Below are positions 19,888 to 29,694 of a stretch of 64,000 nucleotides of DNA, piece by piece. Source of the DNA: Leptolyngbyaceae cyanobacterium (GTDB taxonomy: Bacteria > Cyanobacteriota > Cyanobacteriia > Phormidesmidales > Phormidesmidaceae); assembly GCA_965263355.1 (NCBI GenBank), contig CBDHHL010000056.1, positions 1,824,001 through 1,888,000 of the forward strand, in the 5' to 3' direction. Below the pieces are notes generated by a model. That model saw nothing but the letters and a program-made list of their open reading frames with translations. It was not told the DNA's origin and did no database searches. The translations under genes were made by a program, and so were the position numbers. Every line of letters starts with the position of its first letter. Position 1 is the first letter of the stretch.

Positions 19888-21051
19888 TTAACTCTCCTCA
19901 CCTTCCACATTAGCCATAATCGGATCAACCGGTTTCGCCATAAAGTCCGTCGCCCCTACCGCCTTAGCCCGCATTCGATCTACGATGCCATCATTCCCCG
20001 TCAAAATAACAACGGGTGTTTTCCGTAACGCCTTTACCCGACGAACCTGCTTACAAATCTCATACCCATTCGCCACCGGCATCACCAAATCTAAAAAAAT
20101 CACATCCGGCTTATGGCGAATAATCTGCCCCAGCGCCTGAACAGAATCCTGAATACTAATACAGCGATACCCCGCTGGACGTAACGCCTCCTCCATCAGA
20201 TATCCCACCTGAGGACTATCATCCACACAAATAATCAACGGCAGTTCCTTCGCAACCTGCTGCGGTACCCTCTGGGTGATAGCAGCATAGGGACTCGGCA
20301 AATCCTCAATCGGATTTAGCACCACCATCCCCCGCTCCACATAGGTCGATATCATGCTGCCCAACGACGACATCTCGTGCCCCGTAATCTGACTCAACTC
20401 CCGTAATGACCGAGTACCCTTCAGCAAGCGCTGCAAAATCTGATAAGTGCGCGGTTGCGTACACTGCTTCAACCGTGCTGTATCTATAATTACCGGAGCC
20501 AAATTTGGTGACGCATCATTCAGTTCTGCATTTTGCCAAGACTGTAAATCCGTCCGCACCTTATAAAACAAGGCGGTACTACTGACAAGCGCTAACGGTT
20601 TACTTAATCGGGCCTGACGATCCGTACTATGGGCGATCTGGGTAATGTTACCCGCCGACTGACAAATATCAAACAGAACCTCTGAAAGAGTAGCCTGGAT
20701 AATTGCGATCGCAACCTCCCGCGTCATCTGCTGACGTCGTATCAATACCGATAGGGCCACATATTCCCAATGATCAAATATCTCTGGTTCCCGTAGCCGC
20801 ACCTCACTCGGATTCAAAGCTGGGCAATTAGCCTGCAGTAATCGTTGCCATCGCCGAAACCGATGTTGGCCACCACCAGCCCATAGCAACCGCCCTACCC
20901 GAAAATCAAGCCACCACAGTTCTCCCGTAATTGTTTTTAAGTGAATATAACCATTAGTTTGAGTCTGAATAATTGCCTTGATGGTTTTAATCAGTGTAGC
21001 CACCGATAACCCATGTTCTAATGGCAACATATGAAGTACAGACTCAGTCAT
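19888..21051 (-). CDS. PatA-family response regulator (PATAN + receiver)
   Basis: HRFRRWQR PATAN region; receiver motifs CVDDS, FLDLVMPVANGYEIC, ILTG and KP. Confidence 0.9.
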   Translation of the reverse strand: MTESVLHMLPLEHGLSVATLIKTIKAIIQTQTNGYIHLKTITGELWWLDFRVGRLLWAGGGQHRFRRWQRLLQANCPALNPSEVRLREPEIFDHWEYVALSVLIRRQQMTREVAIAIIQATLSEVLFDICQSAGNITQIAHSTDRQARLSKPLALVSSTALFYKVRTDLQSWQNAELNDASPNLAPVIIDTARLKQCTQPRTYQILQRLLKGTRSLRELSQITGHEMSSLGSMISTYVERGMVVLNPIEDLPSPYAAITQRVPQQVAKELPLIICVDDSPQVGYLMEEALRPAGYRCISIQDSVQALGQIIRHKPDVIFLDLVMPVANGYEICKQVRRVKALRKTPVVILTGNDGIVDRMRAKAVGATDFMAKPVDPIMANVEGEES

Positions 21052-21899
21052 TTTTTCAATTGCAAGGCTATGGTTTAGTTAACAAAAACTACGAAAAATA
21101 CCCAATATGTCACCATAGCTCTTGGCTACTAACCATCAGTCAAGAGCTGGAAAATAAGGATATTTGTACGCTCCATTGCCGTTCTCCACATAGCGTGTAG
21201 AAATACCCTTTTCCAACGGAACGCTATACGCTACTTCACACTGTTTAGTTAGACAAGTTGGCCTCAACCAAACAAGACATCAACAACACAGAACCATTGA
21301 TATCCCTCTTAAGTTTCCCGAACCCTCAGAAACTATAACGGCTTCCCTGCAAAAGTACTGGAACCCTTTGAAGCGAAAAGCCATAGACTCAAATCTATTA
21401 ACCTTTCCTAAAAATTAGATATTGAGCAATAAACAATAAAAAGAAGCATAAAAAAATCGCACTACAGCCAATTAAGTTGACCACTCTTGGGCCTGGACTT
21501 CACTTAAAGAAACTGCTCTAACGCATAAAGCTAAGAAATATAATGCTAGAAGATCACCCTTAAAAAACTATTGACTGAGCATGGGCATTAGGAAAAACGT
21601 ATAAATTCCCAGCAAGAATTAGTAGGCGCATCTACCGGTATTGACAGGGTAAGACCCTCTTCACTTATTATGAAATAGAACTATCTTCTAGAAAATGGTA
21701 GGATTTGAAATGATTTATTTTCATTACCCTATAAAAATTAAATCATTTTCATTGATAGCTATTCTTTACCTCAGGCTTTTTCCAAGGAAGAAATTCCTCT
21801 CATAAGCATTGAGAAAATCCTATAGTTCTAATATTTTTTGCTCTGATTTATCTACCATGACTGTTTAACCATACAGCTGCTTTTGAAGCTCTAGGCATA

Positions 21900-22394
21900 A
21901 TGGATATTCAAGAACGTATCATCCGCCAACGAGTAATGCATATTGTTGATAGCTATCGGCTAGATGGTGATGATACTGATGCGTTTGCAGACAGTTTGAA
22001 CAAACTACTAGAAACCTATCCTCAATCATTAATAGAGCTTGCTCTGACAGAATCTATTGTAAAAGGCTGGTCAGAGGTCCCTATGCCAAGAGGTTTGCCA
22101 TTTATTCATGACGTCCATGAGCGCCTGCGTTCCTGGCAACCCGATACAGAAACATCATCCCAGCGTCCTAATTTATTTAAGTCTTCAACGCATCCAAAAG
22201 TACTGGGAGCAATGTCTTTGAACATAAGAGCAGCTAACCCTAGTCCAATAGACCCTGCATCCATAGATACCCTCTTGACACCTGGACAGTTTGAACAAAT
22301 TACAGGCTTGGATGCAAGTTTAGTGTTTGATGAACATGGCAAGGTGTTGATAAATCGTCCAATGGGGAAGATAAAACCGCTCGAGCAACGGTAG
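21900..22394 (+). CDS. Conserved cyanobacterial hypothetical protein
   Basis: HIVDSYRLDG, LIELALTE and QFEQITGLD; 3' end overlaps comF. Confidence 0.75.
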   Translation: MDIQERIIRQRVMHIVDSYRLDGDDTDAFADSLNKLLETYPQSLIELALTESIVKGWSEVPMPRGLPFIHDVHERLRSWQPDTETSSQRPNLFKSSTHPKVLGAMSLNIRAANPSPIDPASIDTLLTPGQFEQITGLDASLVFDEHGKVLINRPMGKIKPLEQR

Positions 22395-23025
22395 CAATAC
22401 CTAAAATTGAATATCCTGTCTGCACTAGGGTAGAGTTGGCTGTATTGTAAGTAGTACCCGTAGTGTAGATATCGTCAATGAGCAAAATGGGTTTCGACTT
22501 GTAGGAGCTGCGAGTGAGTTCTTGACCTATCTGAAACGCCCCTGTCAGATTAGCTTGTCTTTCTTTATTTCCCAATCGATGCATAGCATCAGTGGCCTTA
22601 ATACGTACCAGACCACGGGCTAATAAAGGTAGTCTTGTGACCCGGCAAAATCCCTTAGCAATCAGAGCGGCTTGGTTGTAACCTCTTTCCTCAAGACGCT
22701 GCTGGTGCAGCGGAATAGGGACAACAACTGGTTGGTAACTCGTTTTATGCAGCCCTCTAATGCGCCAATGTTGGCCTAGCTGATAGCCTAACCAAATCCC
22801 CAGTTCAGCTTGGTTTCCATACTTCAATAGGGTTAATGACTGTTTTAGAGCACCAGAATATTTTCCCCAAGAGAAAACTGGTAAGGTAGAATCTTGCCAC
22901 TGACACACCATGATCTGTCGATAGCAGCCATTACACAATACTGGTGCTGCTGGACGCTGGCATAATGGGCAAGCAGCCGCCAGAAAAATCTGGGTTAGTG
23001 GGCGTAAAATACTAGTTAATGACAT
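22300..23025 (-). CDS. comF: ComF family competence protein (Zn finger + phosphoribosyltransferase-like)
   Basis: CPLC..CNGC, PIPLH..RGYNQA and LLIDDIYTTG. Confidence 0.92.
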   Translation of the reverse strand: MSLTSILRPLTQIFLAAACPLCQRPAAPVLCNGCYRQIMVCQWQDSTLPVFSWGKYSGALKQSLTLLKYGNQAELGIWLGYQLGQHWRIRGLHKTSYQPVVVPIPLHQQRLEERGYNQAALIAKGFCRVTRLPLLARGLVRIKATDAMHRLGNKERQANLTGAFQIGQELTRSSYKSKPILLIDDIYTTGTTYNTANSTLVQTGYSILGIATVARAVLSSPLDDLSTPCHVHQTLNLHPSL

Positions 23026-23089
23026 AGAGCAGATGATAGATGCCCCTAGGATGCCCCTAGATTTAATTTCTGCTTATTCAAGCTAATAA

Positions 23090-23248
23090 CTACTTCTTCT
23101 TATTGACCTTGACATTGGTGACACGGCCATCTGGGTAGACCAAGGACATTGTATTGTCTTGGTCTTGCTGTGCTTCGGAGGAAGATTTGCCATGGCCATG
23201 ATTTTGATTGTTATTGTCTAAGCCACAGGCGTTCTTATTGGTGTTCAT
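23090..23248 (-). CDS. Small hypothetical protein (52 aa), absent from the ORF track
   Basis: ATG at 23248 to TAG; MNTNKNACGLDNNNQNHGHGKSSSEAQQDQDNTMSLVYPDGRVTNVKVNKKK. Confidence 0.5.
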   Translation of the reverse strand: MNTNKNACGLDNNNQNHGHGKSSSEAQQDQDNTMSLVYPDGRVTNVKVNKKK

Positions 23249-23664
23249 ATTGTTTACTGCAGGGATGTATGTGTATGTGTTTAATTTTTCATCAACTTAA
23301 ACCTGTCCTGTCAGGGTGAAACCATGGATTTTGGATACTTGATTTAGGAAAATAAAATAAAGCCTGTAAAGTCCTTTAAGGAAAGGCTTTCAGCTCAAAT
23401 CCATAACACTTGATGTAATCGTAACGGTTAATTGTAAAGCTTAGAAAGCTTGAGTTTTTAAGCTTGTCCAAAGATTGAACGTCTTTAACTCACAACAACT
23501 TTAAGAAGCGATATGAGCATCAGCCAGTAGCCTGATTAATCTACGCAAATTGTCATAACGTTCCCAGGTGTTGAGTTTCAGAAATCTCCCCTTGGGTCGG
23601 GGTAGATATCACGTACAATCACACTGTTTGATCTAGCGCAGTACAGTTCAGAGAGGATAGACCC

Positions 23665-25014
23665 TTGAAAACACGAGTGATTGTGGTTCGGCACGGTGAA
23701 AGTACATTTAATGTGAAACGGATTATTCAAGGGCACCATGATGAGTCGCTACTTACAAAAACTGGAGAGGCTCAAGCAAGACAGGTAGGTGATTTTTTGA
23801 AAGGTATCGCCATTGATACCATTTATTGCAGCCCCCTCCAACGAGCTGCCCGAACAGCTGCGTTAATTACTGAAACGTTAGAGCAGGGGCATGAACCAAA
23901 ATCCACTAATTTATTGAAAGAAATCAGTCTTCCTCTTTGGGAAGCAATGTCATTTGCTGATGTCGAAGCTCAGTACCCGGAAGACTATCGAGCTTGGCGT
24001 CACGATCCTAATGAGCTTAAAATGGCAGTCCCCTCGGCTGACGGGACAATTCAAGATTTCTATCCAGTGCGAGCCATATGGCAACAAGCATCCGCTTTTT
24101 GGCAAGGTTTATTAGAGCAGCATCAGGGCCAAACTGTTTTATTGGTTGCCCACAGTGCGATTAACCGGGCCTTGGTGGGGACAGCCATTGGACTTGGGCC
24201 AGAAGCACTTAATCGGATGTATCAGACCAACTGTGGCATCAGCGTCCTCAATTTTCCAGGAGCCTGGGAACAGCATGCTCAGCTAGAGTTAATGAACTCT
24301 ACAAGTCATATGGGGAGCCCATTGCCAAAACTGCGCACAGGATTTAAGGGACCACGTCTCTTGCTAGTGCGCCATGGAGAAACTGAATGGAATCGGGAGT
24401 CACGGTTCCAGGGACAGATTGATATTCCTCTGAATGACAATGGTCGTGCCCAGGCTGCTCAGGCTAGGGAATTTCTAAAAGTGATTCCCATTGACGGTGC
24501 TGTTTCTAGTTCCATGATGCGTCCCAAGGAGACAGCGGAGATTATTTTAGAACAGCATCCTGAGGTGTCATTATCAGTGACAGAAGGTCTTTGGGAAATT
24601 AGCCATGGTCAGTGGGAAGGTAAATTTGAACATGAGATTGAAGCAGATTTTCCTGGCATGTTAAACGCTTGGCAAACTAAGCCTGAAACGGTTCAAATGC
24701 CGGATGGTGAAAATTTACAGGATGTTTGGGACCGAGCGGTTAAGGCATGGAATGAGATTGTTGTTCAGTATAGTCATCCGGAAACACCTAAAACCGTATT
24801 GGTGGTAGCTCACGATGCCATCAATAAATCTATTCTGTGCCATGTGACTGGATTGGGGCCAGAAGCGTTCTGGCAGTTTAAGCAGGGAAATGGAGCTGTT
24901 AGTATCATTGACTATCCAGATGGTGTGGATAGTGAACCGATGTTGAGTGCTGCCAATATTACCGTGCACTTGTCAGGCAGCCTATTTGATACGACGGCAG
25001 CGGGAGCGCTTTAA
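23665..25014 (+). CDS. Tandem-domain histidine phosphatase (PGM family; phosphoserine phosphatase-like)
   Basis: Two RHG motifs (VVRHGES and LVRHGET). Confidence 0.92.
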   Translation: MKTRVIVVRHGESTFNVKRIIQGHHDESLLTKTGEAQARQVGDFLKGIAIDTIYCSPLQRAARTAALITETLEQGHEPKSTNLLKEISLPLWEAMSFADVEAQYPEDYRAWRHDPNELKMAVPSADGTIQDFYPVRAIWQQASAFWQGLLEQHQGQTVLLVAHSAINRALVGTAIGLGPEALNRMYQTNCGISVLNFPGAWEQHAQLELMNSTSHMGSPLPKLRTGFKGPRLLLVRHGETEWNRESRFQGQIDIPLNDNGRAQAAQAREFLKVIPIDGAVSSSMMRPKETAEIILEQHPEVSLSVTEGLWEISHGQWEGKFEHEIEADFPGMLNAWQTKPETVQMPDGENLQDVWDRAVKAWNEIVVQYSHPETPKTVLVVAHDAINKSILCHVTGLGPEAFWQFKQGNGAVSIIDYPDGVDSEPMLSAANITVHLSGSLFDTTAAGAL

Positions 25015-25037
25015 CGGTTGAGTAAACCGGAGGACAT

Positions 25038-26303
25038 ATGAATAGCTGGATACGACAGGTACGTATTTTGGACCCACTGACTCAGCGGGACCAGATTGGA
25101 GACGTGTTGATACGGAATGGCATCATTCAATCGATTGAGAACTCCCTTGATGTGCCTGGCGATGACGTTACAGAATTAGACGGCCAGGGCTGTGTTTTAG
25201 CACCAGGGCTAGTTGATTTGTATAGTCAAACGGGAGAACCTGGGTATGAGTCGCGGGAAACTCTGGATCAGCTATTGGCTGCTGCTGCCCAGGGCGGGTT
25301 TACACGGATTGGGATTTTACCGAATACAACCCCAGCTGTGGATAATCTGGCCCAAGTCGTGCAACGTTTAGCGCGCAACAAGATAGTAGACCAGCCAAAG
25401 GTAGTACCTTGGGGTGCTATTACCCAAGGTACTCAGGGAGAAAAGCTCACAGATCTGATGGAGTTGGGGGCAACTGGGATAGTGGGGTGGTGTGATGGTA
25501 AACCTTTGGCTAATAGTCTAATGGTGCAGCGTTTGTTGGAGTATACGCAATCTTTGTCGTTACCGTTAGCCCTATGGCCCTGCGACCAAAACCAACCTGG
25601 TACTTGTCGGGAAGGAGCTGATGCTATTCGTCTGGGGTTATCGCCATTACCTATCACAGCGGAAACAACCCCTTTAACAGTCCTGCTGGAGGAAATTGCT
25701 ACTAGCCTACGACCGGTCCACTTAATGCGTATTTCTACGGCCCGCAGTGTCGATCTGATTCGTTGGGCTAAGGCTCGTAGGCTACCGATTACCGCTAGTG
25801 TAACCTGGTTACATCTGTTGTTTAGTACAGCTGATTTAAATAGCTATGCGCCTAGTTTGCGGTTAGCTCCTCCCCTAGGCACCCCTGACGATCGGGAGGC
25901 TCTGATCGCCGGGTTAGAGGATGGCACATTAGATGCGATCGCAGTTGACCACTGTGTTCACACCTATGAAGAAAAAGCCGTCCCCTTTGGCATTACTCCA
26001 CCGGGAGCAGCGGGTCTCCAGTTGGCCTTACCCATTCTTTGGCAGATGTTTGTCACCACCCAACGATGGCACCCACTGCAACTTTGGACGTATCTAAGCT
26101 TGCAACCGGCCCAATGTCTAGGCATTGAACCAGCAACAGTCCAGTTGAATACGGCGGCCAATCTAGTGTTCTTTGATCCAAATGCTGTTTGGAAAGTTAC
26201 CACAGCTAGCTTAGGGTGCGATGTGATCAATACACCTTATGGTCATCAAACCATTCAGGGAAAGGCCAAACATATCTGGGTACCTGCGATTATCAATGGA
26301 TAG
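25038..26303 (+). CDS. pyrC: Dihydroorotase-like protein (probably inactive PyrC' type)
   Basis: Amidohydrolase fold; DLYSQ replaces the HxH metal ligands; DAIAVDH. Confidence 0.85.
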   Translation: MNSWIRQVRILDPLTQRDQIGDVLIRNGIIQSIENSLDVPGDDVTELDGQGCVLAPGLVDLYSQTGEPGYESRETLDQLLAAAAQGGFTRIGILPNTTPAVDNLAQVVQRLARNKIVDQPKVVPWGAITQGTQGEKLTDLMELGATGIVGWCDGKPLANSLMVQRLLEYTQSLSLPLALWPCDQNQPGTCREGADAIRLGLSPLPITAETTPLTVLLEEIATSLRPVHLMRISTARSVDLIRWAKARRLPITASVTWLHLLFSTADLNSYAPSLRLAPPLGTPDDREALIAGLEDGTLDAIAVDHCVHTYEEKAVPFGITPPGAAGLQLALPILWQMFVTTQRWHPLQLWTYLSLQPAQCLGIEPATVQLNTAANLVFFDPNAVWKVTTASLGCDVINTPYGHQTIQGKAKHIWVPAIING

Positions 26304-26308
26304 TTGCT

Positions 26309-26920
26309 TTAGTCTCGCTTGAGTAAGCCAACTCGCCTAGGAGGCCAAAATCGCACTACAGCTTTGCCAATGATCTGATCTTCTGGCAAAAATGGTCGGC
26401 TCCAGGCATGGCTATCAACGCTATTGTTACGATTGTCACCAAAGACGATATAGCTATCAGCAGGGACAGTTTCAGGCCCCCATTGATAATTAGGAGGAGC
26501 CTTAATGTAGCGCTCATCTATGGGTTCGTTATTAATCAAAACCTGGCCGTCAAGCACTTCTACCTGATCCCCTGGCAACCCAACGACTCGCTTAATAAAT
26601 GCATTACGCGGCTGACCTGGAGGGATTAATTCTTCAGGGGGCCAAAAAACGACAATATCGCCTCGTTCTGGTGAGTTTAATCGATAGCTAATTTTTTCAA
26701 CCACCAAGCGATCATTGACCTGCAACGTAGGTTCCATTGAGCCGGTCGGAATGTAACGAGCTTCGGCTACAAACTGACGAATTCCAAGGGCTAAAACCAC
26801 ACTGAGACCAATTGTTTGGAGGCTCTCAACCCAAATATTTGTGCCTTGATTTTTTTGATTAACCACATTCACTGGCCCCGGCAGGGACACCCTAGTACCT
26901 CTGAGGTAAATCATAATCAA
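26309..26920 (-). CDS. lepB: Signal peptidase I
   Basis: GSMEPTL (Ser), FIKRVVG (Lys) and GDNRNNSVDSH. Confidence 0.95.
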   Translation of the reverse strand: MIMIYLRGTRVSLPGPVNVVNQKNQGTNIWVESLQTIGLSVVLALGIRQFVAEARYIPTGSMEPTLQVNDRLVVEKISYRLNSPERGDIVVFWPPEELIPPGQPRNAFIKRVVGLPGDQVEVLDGQVLINNEPIDERYIKAPPNYQWGPETVPADSYIVFGDNRNNSVDSHAWSRPFLPEDQIIGKAVVRFWPPRRVGLLKRD

Positions 26921-26921
26921 T

Positions 26922-27470
26922 TTAATCTAAACCACCAAGACGCGTAAGAGGCCAAAATCGCACAACGGCTTTACCTATAATCTGATCCTCGGGCACAAAA
27001 GGTTGGGCGATATCCCAAGCATGGCTGTCATAACTCTGATTACGATTATCCCCAAGCACAAAATAGCTATTGTCTGGAATAATCAATGGCTCCTGCTCAT
27101 AGGTCGGGGGAGATTGAATATAGCTTTCATCCAGGGCGTCACCGTTGACTAAAACAGTGCCGTCAGCCACCTCCACCGTATCGCCCGGCAAACCAACAAT
27201 CCGTTTAATAAAAGCATCCCGCTTTTGACCTGCAGGGACAATTTCGGATGGTGGCCAGAAAACTACGATATCGCCTCGCTGAGGTGCTTGAAACCGATAG
27301 CTCATCTTTTCAATGACAAGTCGATCATTGACTAGCAAGGTGGGCTTCATGGACTCCGATGGGATGTAACGGGCTTCAGCCACAAATTGTCGAATACCTA
27401 AAGCAAGGGCAATACTTAGGCCAATGGTTTGAAGTCCTTCAATCCAAGGGTTTTGTTGTTTTTGAGACAC
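26922..27470 (-). CDS. lepB: Signal peptidase I (tandem paralogue)
   Basis: ESMKPTL, FIKRIVG and GDNRNQSYDSH. Confidence 0.95.
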   Translation of the reverse strand: MSQKQQNPWIEGLQTIGLSIALALGIRQFVAEARYIPSESMKPTLLVNDRLVIEKMSYRFQAPQRGDIVVFWPPSEIVPAGQKRDAFIKRIVGLPGDTVEVADGTVLVNGDALDESYIQSPPTYEQEPLIIPDNSYFVLGDNRNQSYDSHAWDIAQPFVPEDQIIGKAVVRFWPLTRLGGLD

Positions 27471-27640
27471 AGCTGACGACTAGAAACGTTGGGATTGTCT
27501 TAACACAAGCGTAGTGTGGGCAAGCACTATTAACTGTTAGTTTAGATTAGCTATCAAATGGAGCCACCTCTCTTTAGCCAGATAACCATGGTGGATCATA
27601 ATAAACTTGGGGTCAAAATGACCAGGTTATGAACGTTTCC

Positions 27641-28318
27641 TCACGACAGGATAGGGGCCTTTATCTTGGTTTGATTTGTTCGCTTGATCAATATGCCCCG
27701 CAAGCCAGCACCTTTGGCACCTTTGATGTCGTCTTTGTGGCTATCACCTACATGCCAGGCATCTTGAGCCATGCAGCCATGCTTTTGTAACGCAGTCTTG
27801 AAAATTAGCGGATCAGGTTTAGCAGCTCCTGCCTCTGCAGAGATAGTAATTGTTTGAAAATATTGCCGTAGATTGAGTGCATCAAGCACCGCATATATCC
27901 GGGAATCAAAATTGGAAATGATACCCAGGGAGATATCCATGTGCTGCCAGCGCTTTAAGGAGCTGATTGTGTCTTGATACACCACCCAAGGTTCAGCGGT
28001 GGCAAAGTGCTGATATACACCCTCAAAAAAACTTTCAAAATCAGAAAATTGATCCAGGATACTTGCCCTTTGAAAGGTATTTTTTGCGATCTCTAACCAC
28101 CATAGATATTCCCGATGGGGAATATCTATGGCAGGTATATCAGGAAATGCCATGGGAGTAGATAGGGCAAAGCTACGATAGAATGCCCTGTCCAGTTCCT
28201 CAGCTGAAGCCTTTACTCCTGACTGCTGAGCCAGGGTTTGGTAGACTTCACCAACGCTACCCTTGACTCCAAAGAGGGTACCAACGGCGTCGAGAAAGAT
28301 GACTTTAGGTTTGGCCAT
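27641..28318 (-). CDS. HAD-IA family hydrolase (REG-2/HDHD3-like)
   Basis: FLDAVGTL, ISNFDSR, KPDP and HVGDSHKDD. Confidence 0.92.
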   Translation of the reverse strand: MAKPKVIFLDAVGTLFGVKGSVGEVYQTLAQQSGVKASAEELDRAFYRSFALSTPMAFPDIPAIDIPHREYLWWLEIAKNTFQRASILDQFSDFESFFEGVYQHFATAEPWVVYQDTISSLKRWQHMDISLGIISNFDSRIYAVLDALNLRQYFQTITISAEAGAAKPDPLIFKTALQKHGCMAQDAWHVGDSHKDDIKGAKGAGLRGILIKRTNQTKIKAPILS

Positions 28319-28417
28319 GGCAGCAAAGCAATGATAAAAAGGGCAGCAAGAAGGTAAACATCCTCCTAAACGACTGGAGGATAAAACCCACCCAAATCTA
28401 AGTTGATAGCAGATAAT

Positions 28418-29614
28418 TTAAGACACCGACAAAAGTTCTTGCAACGGTTGACTAATCCAATTCAATCCCACCCTTAGCTGATGTTCAAAGGTGGGCATGC
28501 GATACAGATAGGTTAAACGACGTACAATATAAGCAGCAGAGCCATCCAACTGAAGACCCAAGCCAGTGAGCGTTGCGCTGTCACTCCCCAGGGTCATCAT
28601 TTCCCCCAGATGTTGGTACCTAAAGGGTAGGATAGGCCGTCCTGTCAGGGTAGCCCAAATATTCCAAGCAGTATAGTCAGCCTGCTGTAAAGCCGCTTGG
28701 GCTGTGTTGGGGACTGTGTGCCCATCAGCGTCTTTGCCATCAGCCAAGTCTCCTAGGGCAAAGATATGATTCTGGTTCGATAGCTGAAGAGTAGGCTGAA
28801 TTTTCAACTGCTGGCGTTCATTTTTTTCAAAGGGAAGGCTGGCAACTAGGGGGTTAACCCGATTACCTACGGTCCAAAGCACCAAATCCACGGGCAAAAC
28901 GTCAATCTGATCTTTGTATTTCAGAGATATGGTGTCTACACCTACTTCAGTGACGCTAGTTTCGTAATCGATCCAGATACCCTTGTCAGTAATGGCATCC
29001 TGGGCAGCGTTTTGATTAAAGTCTGGGGAATTGGCCAAAATAGCTGTGCTACGTTCAACAATCCGTAATCGCCCTCTTTCGCCCAAGCGTTCCGCTAGTT
29101 TGCAAACTAACTCCACACCACTGTAGCCACCACCAACGACGGCAACCCGAATTTTATCGGCATTCGAGCTTTCTAACTCACGCAGACGCTCTTTTAGGGC
29201 ATAGACATCGTCAAGGGTACGGAAGGCGATCGCATGTTCCTTGACGCCCGGTGCCATATCCATCGGCGTTTCCCCCCCCAGGGCGAGCACTAAATAGTCG
29301 TAAGGTAGTACAGCATCATCCTGTAAACAGACCGAACTAGCCTCCGCATCAATACCAGCTACCCCACTCCGATGAAACTTAATACCAGTCCCCGCCAGCA
29401 GTTCTGCATAAGGAGGGGCAATTTCCCAGGTCTGCAGCTCATCGGTTACAAGTTCGTATAATAGGGGCGCAAACAAAAAGCGATCGCGCTGGTCAACCAA
29501 AGTAATTTCTGGTTTTGTCGCTTTATCCCATGGCAATTTACTTAGGGCTAAGGCCGTATAGAGACCGCCAAAGCCACCGCCTAAAATCACAACACGCTGG
29601 TTTGATACTGCCAT
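28418..29614 (-). CDS. ndbB: Type II NAD(P)H dehydrogenase family (NdbB / demethylphylloquinone reductase-like)
   Basis: GGGFGGLYTA, GGGYSGVEL, TAQAALQQA and YLYRMPT. Confidence 0.82.
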   Translation of the reverse strand: MAVSNQRVVILGGGFGGLYTALALSKLPWDKATKPEITLVDQRDRFLFAPLLYELVTDELQTWEIAPPYAELLAGTGIKFHRSGVAGIDAEASSVCLQDDAVLPYDYLVLALGGETPMDMAPGVKEHAIAFRTLDDVYALKERLRELESSNADKIRVAVVGGGYSGVELVCKLAERLGERGRLRIVERSTAILANSPDFNQNAAQDAITDKGIWIDYETSVTEVGVDTISLKYKDQIDVLPVDLVLWTVGNRVNPLVASLPFEKNERQQLKIQPTLQLSNQNHIFALGDLADGKDADGHTVPNTAQAALQQADYTAWNIWATLTGRPILPFRYQHLGEMMTLGSDSATLTGLGLQLDGSAAYIVRRLTYLYRMPTFEHQLRVGLNWISQPLQELLSVS

Positions 29615-29694
29615 TGAGCTATCGCTAATAAATGTGGGTTATCGATTATTAGGATAACGCGGGGCACAAGTAGCCCTCCCTATATTTTTCTCGC

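Noticed and set aside
25038..26303. Missing metal ligands in dihydroorotase as a novelty
   Set aside because: Inactive PyrC'-type subunits are already known in cyanobacteria and pseudomonads
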